A DNA stretch of 25,814 nucleotides from a virus (lineage: Duplodnaviria; Caudoviricetes), in the IMG/VR virus record IMGVR_UViG_3300020044_003502, positions 1 to 25,814 of that record. One strand, written 5' to 3'. The notes under the pieces were generated by a model. It was not told the DNA's origin. It saw only the letters and a program-made list of their open reading frames with translations, and ran no database searches. The position numbers were made by a program, and so were the translations under genes. Shown here in pieces: positions 25,245 through 25,814 of this stretch. Numbering within the stretch: the first letter of the stretch is position 1; each line of letters begins with the position of its first letter.

Positions 25245-25814
25245 CTAAAGGGCACCTTAAGTTAAATTGTTTACCTGCTTCAATAATACTCTCTTTTACG
25301 ATGTCTCCCAGAGTATCTGCAAGTTCTGGGCGTGTCTCAAACTGATATTCGTCATGTACCGAAGCCACTAGCTTAAACCACACGTTTTCTTTCTTAAGTC
25401 TATCACAAGCCAAGACGAGAGCCTTCTTCATCACGATTGCGCCTGCACCTTGGAGGAGCGAATTGAGAGCTGCATGCTCGGATCGAACCCAAATACGCCT
25501 CCCATCAAGTCCGGGAACCCACCCTTTGGCGGCTTGCTTGCTGACTCTTTCGAGGAGCTTTGCGAGGGCAGGGGTTTGAGCAAGGAACTTAGCTTTGAGC
25601 TTTGTCCCGTCTCTTGCACTGCCTCCCACAATGCTACCAATCTTTGCATCTCCTGCTCCATATAGGAAGGCGTAGATAAAAGTTTTTGCATTGTCTCTAG
25701 AAGCGAGTCCTGCTGCTCTTTGGTTAACTGTATGAACATCCGTTCCATCTTTAGATGATCCCTCACAGACAGTTCTGACATATCCTTCATCCTTCATATA
25801 GTGAGCCAACATAC
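25201..25814 (-). CDS. family A DNA polymerase (T7 gp5-like), 3' part
   Basis: DVH..N, RDNAKTFIYAFLYGAG (motif B), GLDGRR, HAALNSLLQGAGA, VHDE (motif C) and W..TH end; open to the window edge. Confidence 0.96.
   Translation of the reverse strand, partial: MLAHYMKDEGYVRTVCEGSSKDGTDVHTVNQRAAGLASRDNAKTFIYAFLYGAGDAKIGSIVGGSARDGTKLKAKFLAQTPALAKLLERVSKQAAKGWVPGLDGRRIWVRSEHAALNSLLQGAGAIVMKKALVLACDRLKKENVWFKLVASVHDEYQFETRPELADTLGDIVKESIIEAGKQFNLRCPLDGEYKTGKSWRHTH

Noticed and set aside
16226-25790. Numerous short alternative-frame and antisense ORFs in the track
   Set aside because: All are nested in well-supported genes and lack recognisable motifs or convincing RBSs.

Overview
This is a 25.8-kb piece of a lytic, podovirus-like dsDNA phage genome with two convergent arms that meet at a bidirectional terminator (about 16028-16067). 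The + arm (1-16024) is the virion/lysis module, in order: end of a probable scaffold gene, major capsid, two small virion genes, a Gly/Ala-rich 563-aa protein, tail fibre, a repeat-rich receptor-binding-like protein, fibre chaperone, head-tail adaptor, nozzle, a 76-aa adaptor-like protein, three probable ejection proteins, an M15 peptidase endolysin, a holin and two membrane proteins. The - arm (16071-25814) is a T7-like replication and nucleotide-metabolism module: family A DNA polymerase (partial), an endonuclease VII-type nuclease, tRNA-Leu(UAA), SSB, 5'-3' exonuclease, endonuclease I, ThyX, a MazG-like protein, a metallophosphoesterase, a DUF3310 protein, NrdB/NrdA, glutaredoxin, PhoH and a ClpP-like protease. 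Both arms carry near-consensus sigma70 promoters, and no RNA polymerase gene lies in the window. The most notable signals are: near-total CCWGG avoidance visible in Pro-Gly codon choice; two putative internal virion proteins whose N-terminal motif recurs at their own C-terminus; a candidate structured RNA between the tRNA and ssb; an A54 tRNA-Leu(UAA) alongside a lone TTA at capsid codon 3; an all-Glu, Tyr-retaining NrdB; and an apparently premature TAG in the exonuclease. All calls come from motif recognition by eye. No database searches were run, and I cannot establish that any finding is undescribed.
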